Below, one piece after another: positions 18,751-28,023 of a DNA stretch of 42,310 nucleotides. The stretch's first letter is position 1. Every line of letters starts with the position of its first letter. The notes under the pieces were generated by a model. That model was not told the origin of the DNA. It saw only the letters and a list, made by a program, of their open reading frames with translations, and ran no database searches. A program made the translations under genes and the position numbers. Source of the DNA: Dehalococcoidia bacterium (GTDB lineage: Bacteria; Chloroflexota; Dehalococcoidia; DSTF01; JACRBR01); NCBI GenBank assembly GCA_041494685.1, contig JBGQBE010000025.1, forward strand, positions 1 through 42,310. Direction: 5' to 3'.

Positions 18751-19225
18751 GACTACCCCCGGTCGTCTCCGGAGACGAATGGGTCGCGAGCAGTCGGTCA
18801 ATTTCCCGGTTCAGCCTTCGATGGGCGCGGGCGAGCCCTGTGAGCTTGCCAGCTGTCGCGCCGAGCAGCGCGGCCGCCAGCGTCAGCGGCAGGCGCCAGA
18901 AGAAGCCGGCGCTGGCCACGCCCTGGCTCCAGGCGAGATACAGGAGCATTGCGACGAACCCGGCCGCCATGCACTTGGCTCCAAGAGAGCAGCCGCACTC
19001 CTGGGCGAAGCCGACGAGGCGTTCGCCTGCCGCACCAGTATCAGTCCGAGATAAGCCGGGGATCTCTATGGCAAGCGAGAATCGGGCGGGCATCGGGCGC
19101 CAGCGCCGTAGTGCCTCAAGCTCATCGATACTGCTAATGAGGAGGACGCTCTCAGAGCGCGCGCTCACGGAGGAAGCAACGGCGCCGTCGAGTCCGTTCG
19201 CTTCTATGGGATACACATCTTCCAA
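18743..19225 (-). CDS. Small 2-TM membrane protein with ECGCSLGAKC motif
   Basis: Two hydrophobic segments after the CGC motif; coupled to the Cys/Trp gene; start uncertain. Confidence 0.55.
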   Translation of the reverse strand: MEDVYPIEANGLDGAVASSVSARSESVLLISSIDELEALRRWRPMPARFSLAIEIPGLSRTDTGAAGERLVGFAQECGCSLGAKCMAAGFVAMLLYLAWSQGVASAGFFWRLPLTLAAALLGATAGKLTGLARAHRRLNREIDRLLATHSSPETTGGSHA

Positions 19226-19427
19226 TTAGCACGGCGCCATACATGACGCGGGATCTCCACATCATCAGCGCGCATCAGGCAAATGATCGGCTACTTCGGC
19301 GCAGGTCGGCAGGGTGGTAACATCTCGCCACGAGCGAGCGCGAACGCCCGCCCTCTATCGCTACCGGATCGAGGCCGTTCCCGACGTGGCACTGTCACCC
19401 CGTGTTGCGGGGTGGCGGCGCATCTGG

Positions 19428-19720
19428 TTAGCCGTGGCTGTGGGCCGTCACGTGCGCAGCGCACCGGGCGATCCGGCGGCCGACGGTGTGGTCGGGGTCG
19501 TCCTCCACCGTCAGCGTGCCCTGGATCATGTAGCCGGCATCGTCCCGCTTCGGATCGCCGCCGATGACGGCGGCCGCCTTGGGTTTCGCAGCGCGTTCCG
19601 CGCCTTCTGGTCGCCGCGCTCACAGGCGAAGATCAGATCGTCCCAGTCGCGCGCGAACCAGATCGTCACGACATGCGGGAAGCCGTCGCGGCTGACGGTG
19701 GCCAGGCGGTCGACTCGCGG
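19428..19720 (-). pseudogene. PPOX-class (pyridoxamine-phosphate-oxidase-like, split barrel) gene remnant
   Basis: Manual translation RLATVSRDGFPHVVTIWF...QKARNALRNP, frameshift near 19582, then KAAAVIGG...YMIQGTLTVEDDPD. An in-frame TAG at 19721-19723 removes the start. Confidence 0.75.
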
Positions 19721-19771
19721 CTACCTCCCGCTCGGAGCGCAGCGTCGGCGCGACGACGACGCTAGCTGTTG

Positions 19772-20302
19772 TCAGTCCTTCCAGATCGAGAACTGCTGCG
19801 CGCGTCGCAGCTTGAAGTCCGTCTCCGACAGCTTGAATCCGAGTGCCCGAACCTTTCGCAGGCTGGCTTCGACCTGGTGCCTCTCGGTTGCGCTCAGAGC
19901 GGCGGTGAAGAGTTCATCGTACAGGTCCCGCATGATCTGGACGATCTCAGACGTCAGCTTGCGACCAGCGTCGGTGAGCTGCATACGCACTGCACGGTGA
20001 TCGTTCGGGTCAGGCGTGGATACGACCCAGCCGCGCGACTCGGTGAGTCGGAAGATGCCCGTGATGCTCTGCGCCTCCTGGAAGAGAAGCGTCGCGACGA
20101 GGCTCGGCTTCATCGGCTCGGCTGCGTAGTAGAGTGCGGCCAGGGCGCGCGACTGAGGCGCCGATACGCCGAGATGGTACAGGCGTCGCTCCAGCAGCTT
20201 GCTGGACATCCAGTAGAGTTCTGAGACCAGCACCCATGGCGTCAACGTCGGATCCATGAAGCTGGGCGCGCCCGGTCCGCTCGCGGTCTTCTTTGCAGAC
20301 AT
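19772..20302 (-). CDS. MarR-family transcription regulator
   Basis: SITGIFRLTESRGWV..PDPNDHRAVRMQLTDAGR wing motif. Confidence 0.85.
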   Translation of the reverse strand: MSAKKTASGPGAPSFMDPTLTPWVLVSELYWMSSKLLERRLYHLGVSAPQSRALAALYYAAEPMKPSLVATLLFQEAQSITGIFRLTESRGWVVSTPDPNDHRAVRMQLTDAGRKLTSEIVQIMRDLYDELFTAALSATERHQVEASLRKVRALGFKLSETDFKLRRAQQFSIWKD

Positions 20303-20633
20303 CCGTCATCTCACGTCTCTGCGTCGGCCGATTCGTCTGGTCAATCTACCCAAGCCGATGAGCAGCAGCTTCTTCTTGGTGCATACGTGTCAAGGCGCGC
20401 ACACGATTCCAGAATAGTGCTGGCCGAATGAGGCAAGCGCAACGAGATCTGCATGCTGGCCAGACGAAGAAGCTTCGCGCCTTTGAGCGCGTGTCGTGTG
20501 AGACGAAGCTACGCGTCACCTTTGCCCTTGTAGCGAGGCGATCCACTCCTACTCACGAGTCGCGGTGACGCGATGTGGGCGTAACGATTAGCGCCGATCT
20601 GATGCCGCCTCGCTGGTGCGCTAGGCTCTAGCC

Positions 20634-21347
20634 ATGGCCGACGATGGCACGAGCGTTAAACGTGGCGCGATCAACCGCCTTTTGGCAGGACTGCTGGGCG
20701 TCGCGGCCACCTCCATCATTGGTGGAACAGGGGTCGTCGCGGTCTATTTCCCGCTTCGGCACGCGAACTTCGCTGTGCAGTGGCTCCTCGTCTTCGTCAT
20801 GATGGTCGGCGAAAGCGCGGCGATCCATCTACCAAGCGAAGTGATCCTTCCGGTGGGCGGGTGGCTGGTTGTCCGCGAGCACCATCTCGGCGTCACGGGC
20901 GTCATCGCCTTGAGCGCGATCGCCGCCGCCGCGAATACACTCGGCTCGGGGATGCTCTACGCAGCGGGCTGGTGGGGCGGCCGTCCGCTCGTTCGCCGAT
21001 ACGGGCGGTGGTTCTTACTCCACGAACGCGACATCGATGCCGCCGAACGGCGAATGTCCACACATCGCGTGTGGGCGCTCTTCATCGCACGACTTCTACC
21101 CGTAGTACGGACCTATGTCGGTTTCGTCGCGGGAATCTTGCGCATGCCGCCGACCACGTTCGCGCTCGTTACGTTCGCCGGCTCCTTCGCTTGGTGCGCG
21201 CTGTTCGTGGGCGCTGGTGCCCTCCTAGGCACGCACTGGTCGGCGATCCGAAAGCCCGCAGAGGGCGCGGTGATCGCCATCGTGATCCTCTTGGTGGTCG
21301 GGCTGGGGGCGGTTACGATCGCGCAACTGCGCCGAAAATCCGCTTGA
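20634..21347 (+). CDS. DedA-family membrane protein
   Basis: ESAAIHLPSEVILPVGG and ARLLPVVRTYVGFVAG motifs. Confidence 0.9.
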   Translation: MADDGTSVKRGAINRLLAGLLGVAATSIIGGTGVVAVYFPLRHANFAVQWLLVFVMMVGESAAIHLPSEVILPVGGWLVVREHHLGVTGVIALSAIAAAANTLGSGMLYAAGWWGGRPLVRRYGRWFLLHERDIDAAERRMSTHRVWALFIARLLPVVRTYVGFVAGILRMPPTTFALVTFAGSFAWCALFVGAGALLGTHWSAIRKPAEGAVIAIVILLVVGLGAVTIAQLRRKSA

Positions 21348-21539
21348 GACGTCGCCCGCCATGAGCGCTGGTCGGTGGACCTGCTCAGTCTGGTGAGGTT
21401 CGGCCACAGCCCCCGCTAGGTCTGTCCGGATGCCAGACTCACGCGAACTTAACGAACGTCCTCGGCGCCGTCGCTTCCATGATACGTCGACGATCGGTTC
21501 ATCGTGTGGGTGAGATCGCGCCACCCATACGACAGGCAG

Positions 21540-21568
21540 TTGACGCCATGAGTCGATTGGCGTACCGT
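21540..21568 (+). promoter_or_regulatory. Sigma70-type promoter for the riboswitch operon
   Basis: TTGACG-17 bp-TACCGT just upstream of the riboswitch. Confidence 0.6.
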
Positions 21569-21592
21569 GGGCTGCACAACCGAATATCGATG

Positions 21593-21741
21593 CGCTTGAG
21601 GTGGCCCGAACACCGACGTGAGGGCCAGACAGGGGAAGCCGGTGAGAGTCCGGCGCTGTCGCGCAACTGTAAGCGTCCGCCGCGGCGACGCAAGCCAGAA
21701 TACCTGCCTCAAGTGAAGCCATGAACCTTCGCGTGAAAGGG
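21593..21741 (+). ncRNA. Cobalamin riboswitch
   Basis: AGGTG...AGGGGAAGCCGGTGAGAGTCCGGCGCTGTCGCGCAACTGTAA...AAGCCAGAATACCTGCC (B12 box); P1 CTTGAGG/CCTCAAG; downstream CCTTCGCGTGAAAGG hairpin. Confidence 0.95.
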
Positions 21742-21776
21742 GCAGGACATATGTTTGAACACTTCTGACGCCTGAC

Positions 21777-21801
21777 CCCCGGACGATCCGTCCGGGGTTT
21801 T
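21777..21801 (+). terminator. Attenuator terminator of the riboswitch expression platform
   Basis: CCCCGGACG-atc-CGTCCGGGG followed by TTTT, before the first gene. Confidence 0.8.
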
Positions 21802-21837
21802 CATTTCCCACCCATCTCTCGAAGAAAGGCACACCAC

Positions 21838-22956
21838 GTGTTGCGACGACTCACGCTCGCGTGCGTCGGCCTCGTGCTCTGCGCGACCGGCGCCACCCAA
21901 CTCTTTGCGGCCAGTCCCCAGACCACCGCCGCGACGAAAGCGACGGATTACATCCGTACGCTCCAGAACAGCGACGGGGGCTTCCCCGACTTCGGTGCGA
22001 CCTCGTCGCCCGGCGGAACGATCGAGGCGGAGTTCGCCTTCGCCGCCACCGGCGTGAACCCGAAGAACGTCCTCAAGGGCGGCAAGTCGCCGGCCGACTA
22101 CCTGGCAACACAGGCCGCGACCTATGGCGCGACGGCGGGCGGCGCCGCCAAGCTCGTTGTGGGGCTGGCCACCATGGACGTGAACTCGACATCGTTCGGC
22201 AGCATCAACCCGCTCGCGGTGATGGAGTCCTATTACAACTCGGGCACCGGCCAGTATGGCAGCGGCCTCTTCGATCAGTCGCTCTACATGCTCGCCGAGC
22301 GCAGCCTCGCGCGCCCGGTGCCGGCGGCCGCCGTCACCTATACGGAGTCATTGCAGGGCATGGACGGGGGATGGGAGGACTGTTGCGCGTTCGGCGAGGA
22401 CACGAACACGACGGCGCTCGTCATCCGCACGCTGATCACGTCAGGTGTGGCGCCGTCGAACGCCCATATCGTCAACGGCCTGGCCTACTTGAAGGCGAGT
22501 CAGCAGGCCGACGGCGGCCTCCCGTACGCCGCGCCCGGCGCCTCCGACCCCGATTCGACGGCGTACGGCATCCAGGCGATCGTCGCCGGCGGTCAGAGCG
22601 TCGACGCGGGCGGCGCGTGGGACGCGGGCGGCGGGAACACCCCCCTCACCGCGCTCGTGTCGTTCCAGAACCCCGTGACCGGCGCGCTCCAGTACTTCGG
22701 GACAGACAGTCCGTATGCCACCTACCAGGGGGTGCCAGGGCTGATGCTCGACGCCTATCCCGAACAGCAGGTGTACGCCACTTCGTCGGTCGGTGGTATC
22801 GCCGAAGCCCCGGAGGTTGCGAACCTGCCCGTGCAGTCCAGCGACGGCTCGGGCGGGAACGTGCGAATCCTCGTCTCACTCGCGATCGTCGTGGTAGGCG
22901 GCGCACTCGCGCTAGGTGCTTGGGCGGCGGCGAGCGGCCGGCCGCACAGGACGTAG
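21838..22956 (+). CDS. Secreted, C-terminally anchored prenyltransferase/squalene-cyclase-repeat (alpha-barrel) protein; putative corrinoid-binding protein
   Basis: Signal peptide; LQNSDGGF, LQGMDGGW and QQADGGL repeats; DTNTTA and DPDSTA motifs; C-terminal TM; first gene after the B12 riboswitch. Confidence 0.75.
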   Translation: MLRRLTLACVGLVLCATGATQLFAASPQTTAATKATDYIRTLQNSDGGFPDFGATSSPGGTIEAEFAFAATGVNPKNVLKGGKSPADYLATQAATYGATAGGAAKLVVGLATMDVNSTSFGSINPLAVMESYYNSGTGQYGSGLFDQSLYMLAERSLARPVPAAAVTYTESLQGMDGGWEDCCAFGEDTNTTALVIRTLITSGVAPSNAHIVNGLAYLKASQQADGGLPYAAPGASDPDSTAYGIQAIVAGGQSVDAGGAWDAGGGNTPLTALVSFQNPVTGALQYFGTDSPYATYQGVPGLMLDAYPEQQVYATSSVGGIAEAPEVANLPVQSSDGSGGNVRILVSLAIVVVGGALALGAWAAASGRPHRT

Positions 22957-22960
22957 CCGG

Positions 22961-24070
22961 ATGACGACGGCCGCCGAAACGAGCGGCGCAGTCAGCGCGC
23001 GGGCGCTGCGGCCTGATCGGGTTGCGGCGTCCGCGCTCCATCCCGTCGCGTGGGCGGCATGGCTCGCGGGCGCGCTGGCGATGGTGTTCCTGACGTCGAA
23101 CCCGCTCTATACGACGATGATCGCCCTGGCCTCACTCGTCGTATACGCGGCGCACCGCGATCCCACGCGGCGCGGCAGTGACTACGTGCTTGCAGGCTCG
23201 ATCATGTTCGCGACGCTCACCGTGCCACTGAATCTCTTGACTGGCAGCACGGGCGCCACGCACGTCGCGTCGCTGCCGGCGCTGACCACCCCCGGCTGGC
23301 TCGGCGCCGTCACCTTCGGCGGCGATGTCACGGCGGAGTCCCTTGCCTACGCTGCGGCGAGGGCGATGGCGATCATCGCGCTGCTCGCGGCCGTGTGGGC
23401 CTTCAACGTTGGCGCCGACCACTTCCGCCTGCTCCGGTACGTGCCCGCCGGGTTGGCGCAGCTCGGCGTCATCGTCAGCGTCGGGCTGATGCTCGTGCCG
23501 GCGACGCTGGCTCGGGGCGCTGCGTTGCGGGAGGCCCGCCTGGTGCGGGGGCACCACGGCCGAGGTCCCGCCGCGGTCGTCGCGCTGGCGCTGCCCCTGC
23601 TTTCCGACGCGCTCGAACGCTCGGTGCAGCGGGCCGAATCGCTCGACGCGCGCGGCTTCGGCCGATTGGCGACGGCGCCACGGCCGTGGGAGTCGCTCCT
23701 CGCGGTCGGCGGCCTCGCCGTGTCGACCGTCGGCGCGTTCGCGTCTTCCTATACTGGCGGGGCGCCGGCCGCACTGTGCATGATCGCCGGGATGGCCGCG
23801 TTGGCCGCGGTGCTCCTCCGGCAGAGCGGCCGCTCCACGGCGGTGCGGCTCCACGCACCGCGGCCCGCCGCGCCTGATGTCCTGGTGATGACGGCGACGG
23901 CAGCCAGCGTCGCTATCTTCGCGGCGTTGCGGATCGCCGGGGCTGGCGGTCTTGCGTATCTTCCGTTCCCGACCGTGTTCACGCCTCGGTTCGCACCGTT
24001 GCCGGCGATCGCATGCGTTCTGCTGATCGCGCCGGCGCTCTATCCGTCCACACTTCGAGGTGCGCGATGA
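22961..24070 (+). CDS. ECF transporter T component (EcfT/CbiQ family)
   Basis: LHPVAW N-terminus, multiple TMs, ARLVRG and SLDARGF Arg motifs. Confidence 0.9.
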   Translation: MTTAAETSGAVSARALRPDRVAASALHPVAWAAWLAGALAMVFLTSNPLYTTMIALASLVVYAAHRDPTRRGSDYVLAGSIMFATLTVPLNLLTGSTGATHVASLPALTTPGWLGAVTFGGDVTAESLAYAAARAMAIIALLAAVWAFNVGADHFRLLRYVPAGLAQLGVIVSVGLMLVPATLARGAALREARLVRGHHGRGPAAVVALALPLLSDALERSVQRAESLDARGFGRLATAPRPWESLLAVGGLAVSTVGAFASSYTGGAPAALCMIAGMAALAAVLLRQSGRSTAVRLHAPRPAAPDVLVMTATAASVAIFAALRIAGAGGLAYLPFPTVFTPRFAPLPAIACVLLIAPALYPSTLRGAR

Positions 24071-25662
24071 CCGCGATCGTGCGCGCCGAGCGGCTGGGCT
24101 TCACGTATAGCGGCGCGCCGTACCCGGTGCTCAGCGACGCCTCATTCGAAATCGAAGACGGTGAGCTGCTGGTGATGGCCGGCCCATCGGGTGGAGGAAA
24201 GTCCACGCTGCTGCGCTGCATGAACGGCCTCATCCCCCACTTTCACGGCGGCGCCTTCCGCGGCAAGATCGAGGTAGCCGGCATCGACACGCGCGAGCGC
24301 CAGCCGCGCGACCTGGCGCATCTTGCCGGCATGGTCTTCCAGGACCCGGAGTCGCAAGCGGTCGCGCCGACGGTCGAAGAAGAGATCGTCTTCGGACTGG
24401 AGAACCTCGGTGCGCCCCGCGTGCTGATCCGCAAGCGGCTGGAGGAGTCGCTCGACGTCCTCGGCCTCGCGGCGCTCCGCAAGCGCGCCCTGACGACGCT
24501 CTCCGGTGGTGAGTTGCAGCGCGTGGCGATCGCCGCCGTGCTGACGATGCAGCCGCGCGTGCTGCTGCTCGATGAGCCAACGTCGCAACTCGACCCCCAG
24601 GCCGCCGAAGACGTGTTGCACGCCGCCGTCGCGCTCCGCGCCGACGCCGGGCTCACCATCGTCATCGCGGAGCACCGGCTCGAACGGCTCGTGCAGCACG
24701 CCGACCGCATCATGGAAGTCCCCGGCGACGGTACGGTCAGCCTCCACGACGTGCGCTCCGCGATCGCCCGGCTGCCATCGGCGCCGCCCGTCACCGCGAT
24801 CGGCCGCGCCCTCGGCTGGGCGCCGCTACCGCTGTCGATCGCCGAGGCGCGCCGCTTCGCCAGCCCCCGCCGCCCGGACGGCGGTTCTCCCGTTGTGAAC
24901 GGTCCGCCGCGTGCAGCCGGCGACGTCGCCGTCTCCGTGCGATCGCTGAACGTCACCCTGGGCGGCCAGCGCGCGTTGCGAAGCCTCTCGCTCGACCTGC
25001 GCGACGGTGAGGTCGTGGCGCTCATGGGGCGCAACGGGGCCGGCAAGACCACGCTGCTGCGCGCCATCGCGCGGCTGGTGAAGCCGGCATCCGGAGCCGT
25101 CGCGCTCACGCATCTTTCTGCCGACCAGCCGTACCACCACCTCGCCTACGTCGCGCAGAATCCGGGTTCCATGCTCTACCACGACACCGTGCGGCGCGAG
25201 ATCGCCGACGTCGTCTCCGGCACTGGCCGGGGAGCGCACATGGATGACGCGCTCGACGAATGGCGCCTGCGGGACCTCGCGGACTGCAACCCGCTGGACC
25301 TCAGCGTCGGCGAGCGGCAGCGCGTCGCCATCGCGGCGATGCTCGCCGGAGCGCCGCGGGTCATCTTGCTCGACGAGCCTACGCGCGGCATGGATCACGA
25401 GAACAAGGAGTTGCTCGTGCGCAACCTGCGCGCGCGCGCCCGCAGCGGCGCCACGATCGTGCTGGCCAGCCACGATGTGGAGCTCGCCGCCCGCTGCGCC
25501 ACGCGCGTCGTGCTGCTTGCAGAGGGAGAGTTAATCGCCGACGGGCCCGCCGCCGCCGTGCTCTCCGACTCGATCACCTTCAGCACACAGGCGAACAAGC
25601 TCTTCGGCGGCAACGTCTTGACGGTCGAGGACGCACTGGCAGCAATGGAGGCGCGGTCGTGA
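24067..25662 (+). CDS. ECF transporter fused double ATPase
   Basis: GPSGGGKS/LSGGE/LLLDEPT and GRNGAGKT/LSVGE/LLDEPT; ATGA overlap with EcfT. Confidence 0.93.
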   Translation: MTAIVRAERLGFTYSGAPYPVLSDASFEIEDGELLVMAGPSGGGKSTLLRCMNGLIPHFHGGAFRGKIEVAGIDTRERQPRDLAHLAGMVFQDPESQAVAPTVEEEIVFGLENLGAPRVLIRKRLEESLDVLGLAALRKRALTTLSGGELQRVAIAAVLTMQPRVLLLDEPTSQLDPQAAEDVLHAAVALRADAGLTIVIAEHRLERLVQHADRIMEVPGDGTVSLHDVRSAIARLPSAPPVTAIGRALGWAPLPLSIAEARRFASPRRPDGGSPVVNGPPRAAGDVAVSVRSLNVTLGGQRALRSLSLDLRDGEVVALMGRNGAGKTTLLRAIARLVKPASGAVALTHLSADQPYHHLAYVAQNPGSMLYHDTVRREIADVVSGTGRGAHMDDALDEWRLRDLADCNPLDLSVGERQRVAIAAMLAGAPRVILLDEPTRGMDHENKELLVRNLRARARSGATIVLASHDVELAARCATRVVLLAEGELIADGPAAAVLSDSITFSTQANKLFGGNVLTVEDALAAMEARS

Positions 25663-26678
25663 TGCGGTTTGCCCGGGTCGTCTGCCTGTCGGCGTGTATG
25701 CTCGCGTTCGCCTCCGCCGCATCAGCTCCATCGGGGTCGGTTGCGACGGTGTCCGCGACGCATCCGTGCACGAGCGTTGCCGGTCTTACGGCCGGCGCGC
25801 ACCACGCCGGGCTCGTCGTCACATACGGCGACCGCCACAGCGATATGTTCTGCATCGAATTCACGGAGGACTCGATCACCGGTCTCGAGCTGCTCCAGCG
25901 CTCCGACTTGCTGGTCGTCGCCGCGTCCGGCGGTGCGGTGTGCGGCATCGGCGGGGAAGGGAGCGCCGACCCGAGTAACTGCTTCTCCCAGTGCAGCGGC
26001 GGCAGCACATGCCGGTACTGGGCGTACTACCAGGAGAGCGGGGCCGCGTGGACGTACTCGTCGATGGGCGCGCAGTTGAGGATCGTCCACGACGGCGACA
26101 CCGACGGCTGGGCCTGGGGGCCGGGCGGGCTGACCAGCGGCGCGGTACCGGAGCTGCCGCCGGCCGGCGGACTCTGTCCGTCGCCGACGCCTGAGCCCAC
26201 CGCCACGCCCAGCATGACGCCGACGCCGGCGCCCTGGCCGACATCGTCGTCGACGCCCGCATCCGCGAGGCCCACCCGGACGCCCATGCCCACGTTGACC
26301 ACGCCTCCGCGCGCCACCGCCACGATCGAATCTCCGGTCGCGGCCAGCGACACTCCGGCAGCGCCGGTGGCGACGGCGATGTCGGGTGCCACGTCGGACG
26401 TCGCCGCCGCGGAGGTCGCGCCACCGGCCACGACCGCCGTCTCAAGCGACCCATCGGTCACGCCAACGCCCCGGCTGGCGCCGTCACCGGCCGCGACGAC
26501 AAGGACGGGCGTCATCTCGATCGGCGCGGACGAAGGCAGGAAGAACGCTGAGGCGCCTCGCGTCGAGGCCGCGACGCATGGGGCGAGCCGGCGAGGCCTG
26601 GTCGCCTTCGCCGCGCTGGCCGCGCTGATGGTGGCGGCGCTTGGTGTTGTGCTCTACAGGAGACGCGCGGTTGATTGA
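25662..26678 (+). CDS. Surface protein with DUF4430/transcobalamin-beta-like domain, PT linker and C-terminal TM
   Basis: TGLELL...VCGIGG...YWAYY...WTYSSMGA...DGDTDGWAWG pattern; start overlaps the ATPase stop. Confidence 0.72.
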   Translation: MRFARVVCLSACMLAFASAASAPSGSVATVSATHPCTSVAGLTAGAHHAGLVVTYGDRHSDMFCIEFTEDSITGLELLQRSDLLVVAASGGAVCGIGGEGSADPSNCFSQCSGGSTCRYWAYYQESGAAWTYSSMGAQLRIVHDGDTDGWAWGPGGLTSGAVPELPPAGGLCPSPTPEPTATPSMTPTPAPWPTSSSTPASARPTRTPMPTLTTPPRATATIESPVAASDTPAAPVATAMSGATSDVAAAEVAPPATTAVSSDPSVTPTPRLAPSPAATTRTGVISIGADEGRKNAEAPRVEAATHGASRRGLVAFAALAALMVAALGVVLYRRRAVD

Positions 26679-27528
26679 GCCGGCGGCGGCGTTCCCGACA
26701 TCCGTGCGCGGCACGTTCGGCGGGCGTATCACGTCGATGGTGACGCTGGCCGCCGCGAGCAGCGCCGGTCTGATCGCGTTCTTCTACCCGTTCCTGCTGT
26801 CGCGAGCGCCGTCCCCGGACGAAAACAACGCCCACGCCGGTGACGCGCCGCTGATCTTCGGCGTGCTGGCGGTGATGGCCGCTGCCCTCTTCCTTGTCGA
26901 ACTCTCCTCGGGCGGCATGAACGCCAAGGTGGCGTCCGCGCTCGCGGTGCTCGCCGTCGCCGCCGCCGTGATGCGACTGCCGCCGCTGCCTGCCGGTGCG
27001 AGCGGCTTCTACTTTCTGATCATCCTCGGAGGCTATGTCTTCGGACCGCGCTTCGGGTTCCTGCTCGGCGCGGTGGCGCTCTTCGTCTCGTCGTTCGCTG
27101 CCGGCGGATTCGGACCGTGGGTGCCGTTCCAGATGTTCGCGTCAGGCTGGCTCGGCCTGGCGAGCGGCTGGCTGGGCGGACTGCGCCCCCATCTCGCGCG
27201 GCGGCCGGTTGCCGAACTCGCGGTGCTGCTGGCGTTCGGAGCGCTCGCGGGATTCGCGTACGGCGCGCTGATGAACCTCTGGTTCTGGCCGTACGTCTCG
27301 GCAGGCGAAGGCGTCTCGTGGCGGCCGGGGATGGGCGTCCTCCAGACGCTGCGCCATTATTGGGCGTTCTACGTCCTGACGTCCGCGGGATGGGACATCT
27401 GGGCCGCCATGGGTAACGTGCTGCTGCTCGCCGCGGCCGGGCGGCCCGTGCTCTCGATCCTGACTCGCTTTCGCGATCGCTTTCACGTGTCATGGGGAGA
27501 TCCGCCGCCGGCGACGATCACACGATGA
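26671..27528 (+). CDS. ECF transporter S component (cobalamin, CbrT-like)
   Basis: GYVFGPRFGFLLG and GPWVPFQM motifs; AGGAG RBS before TTG 26671. Confidence 0.85.
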   Translation: MIEPAAAFPTSVRGTFGGRITSMVTLAAASSAGLIAFFYPFLLSRAPSPDENNAHAGDAPLIFGVLAVMAAALFLVELSSGGMNAKVASALAVLAVAAAVMRLPPLPAGASGFYFLIILGGYVFGPRFGFLLGAVALFVSSFAAGGFGPWVPFQMFASGWLGLASGWLGGLRPHLARRPVAELAVLLAFGALAGFAYGALMNLWFWPYVSAGEGVSWRPGMGVLQTLRHYWAFYVLTSAGWDIWAAMGNVLLLAAAGRPVLSILTRFRDRFHVSWGDPPPATITR

Positions 27529-27946
27529 CACGTCGTGTGGGTTCGCGGTCCGCGGCGTTCGGCACCTCGCCTCGCGGGCAAGCCATTCGAAGTCGTCCAT
27601 ATCGATGTGGATCACGTTGTTAGCTCCCTCCTCGAGGACACTCAGCCGATCGTGATCGGTGCCGAGACGCTCGGCCATCAAGACATAGAGAGCAAGCTCG
27701 CGTTTCATCGTCGCCTCTTTCATCGTCGCCTCATTGGGGCTCGGTCGCGCCACGTTTGTGGGCTGCGCGGTTCATCGGCATCTCGCATCGATCTTACACC
27801 TGCCGACATGGCTTGGTGCCCGACGCGCAGCCTACGCTCACCGACGATCTCTTCTTGCTCCTCGGCATCTATCACGGTCCTCGGGTCTCCGTTCGCGGCA
27901 GGGCCTTCGCGGACGCAACGCAACCGTCACGGCAGCGACTTCTCCG

Positions 27947-28001
27947 GTTCATCCGCCGTTCATCCGCGCGCAACAGCCTCGCGTGTGTGCGTCGTTAGAC
28001 T
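27947..28001 (+). promoter_or_regulatory. nirA promoter: GTTCATCCGC x2 (11-bp period) plus -10 TAGACT
   Basis: Exact 10-mers at 27947-27956 and 27958-27967; TAGACT at 27996-28001; AAGGAGG RBS follows. Confidence 0.55.
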
Positions 28002-28023
28002 CGCCCGCAAGGAGGTGGCGCAC

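Noticed and set aside
21838..22956. Squalene-hopene cyclase or prenyltransferase enzyme
   Set aside because: Too short, secreted and anchored, lacks DxDD, and lies in a B12-regulated transport operon.
27535..28023. 163-aa N-terminal extension of NirA in the ORF track
   Set aside because: A strong RBS, -10 and operator lie just before ATG 28024, and the extension is not protein-like.
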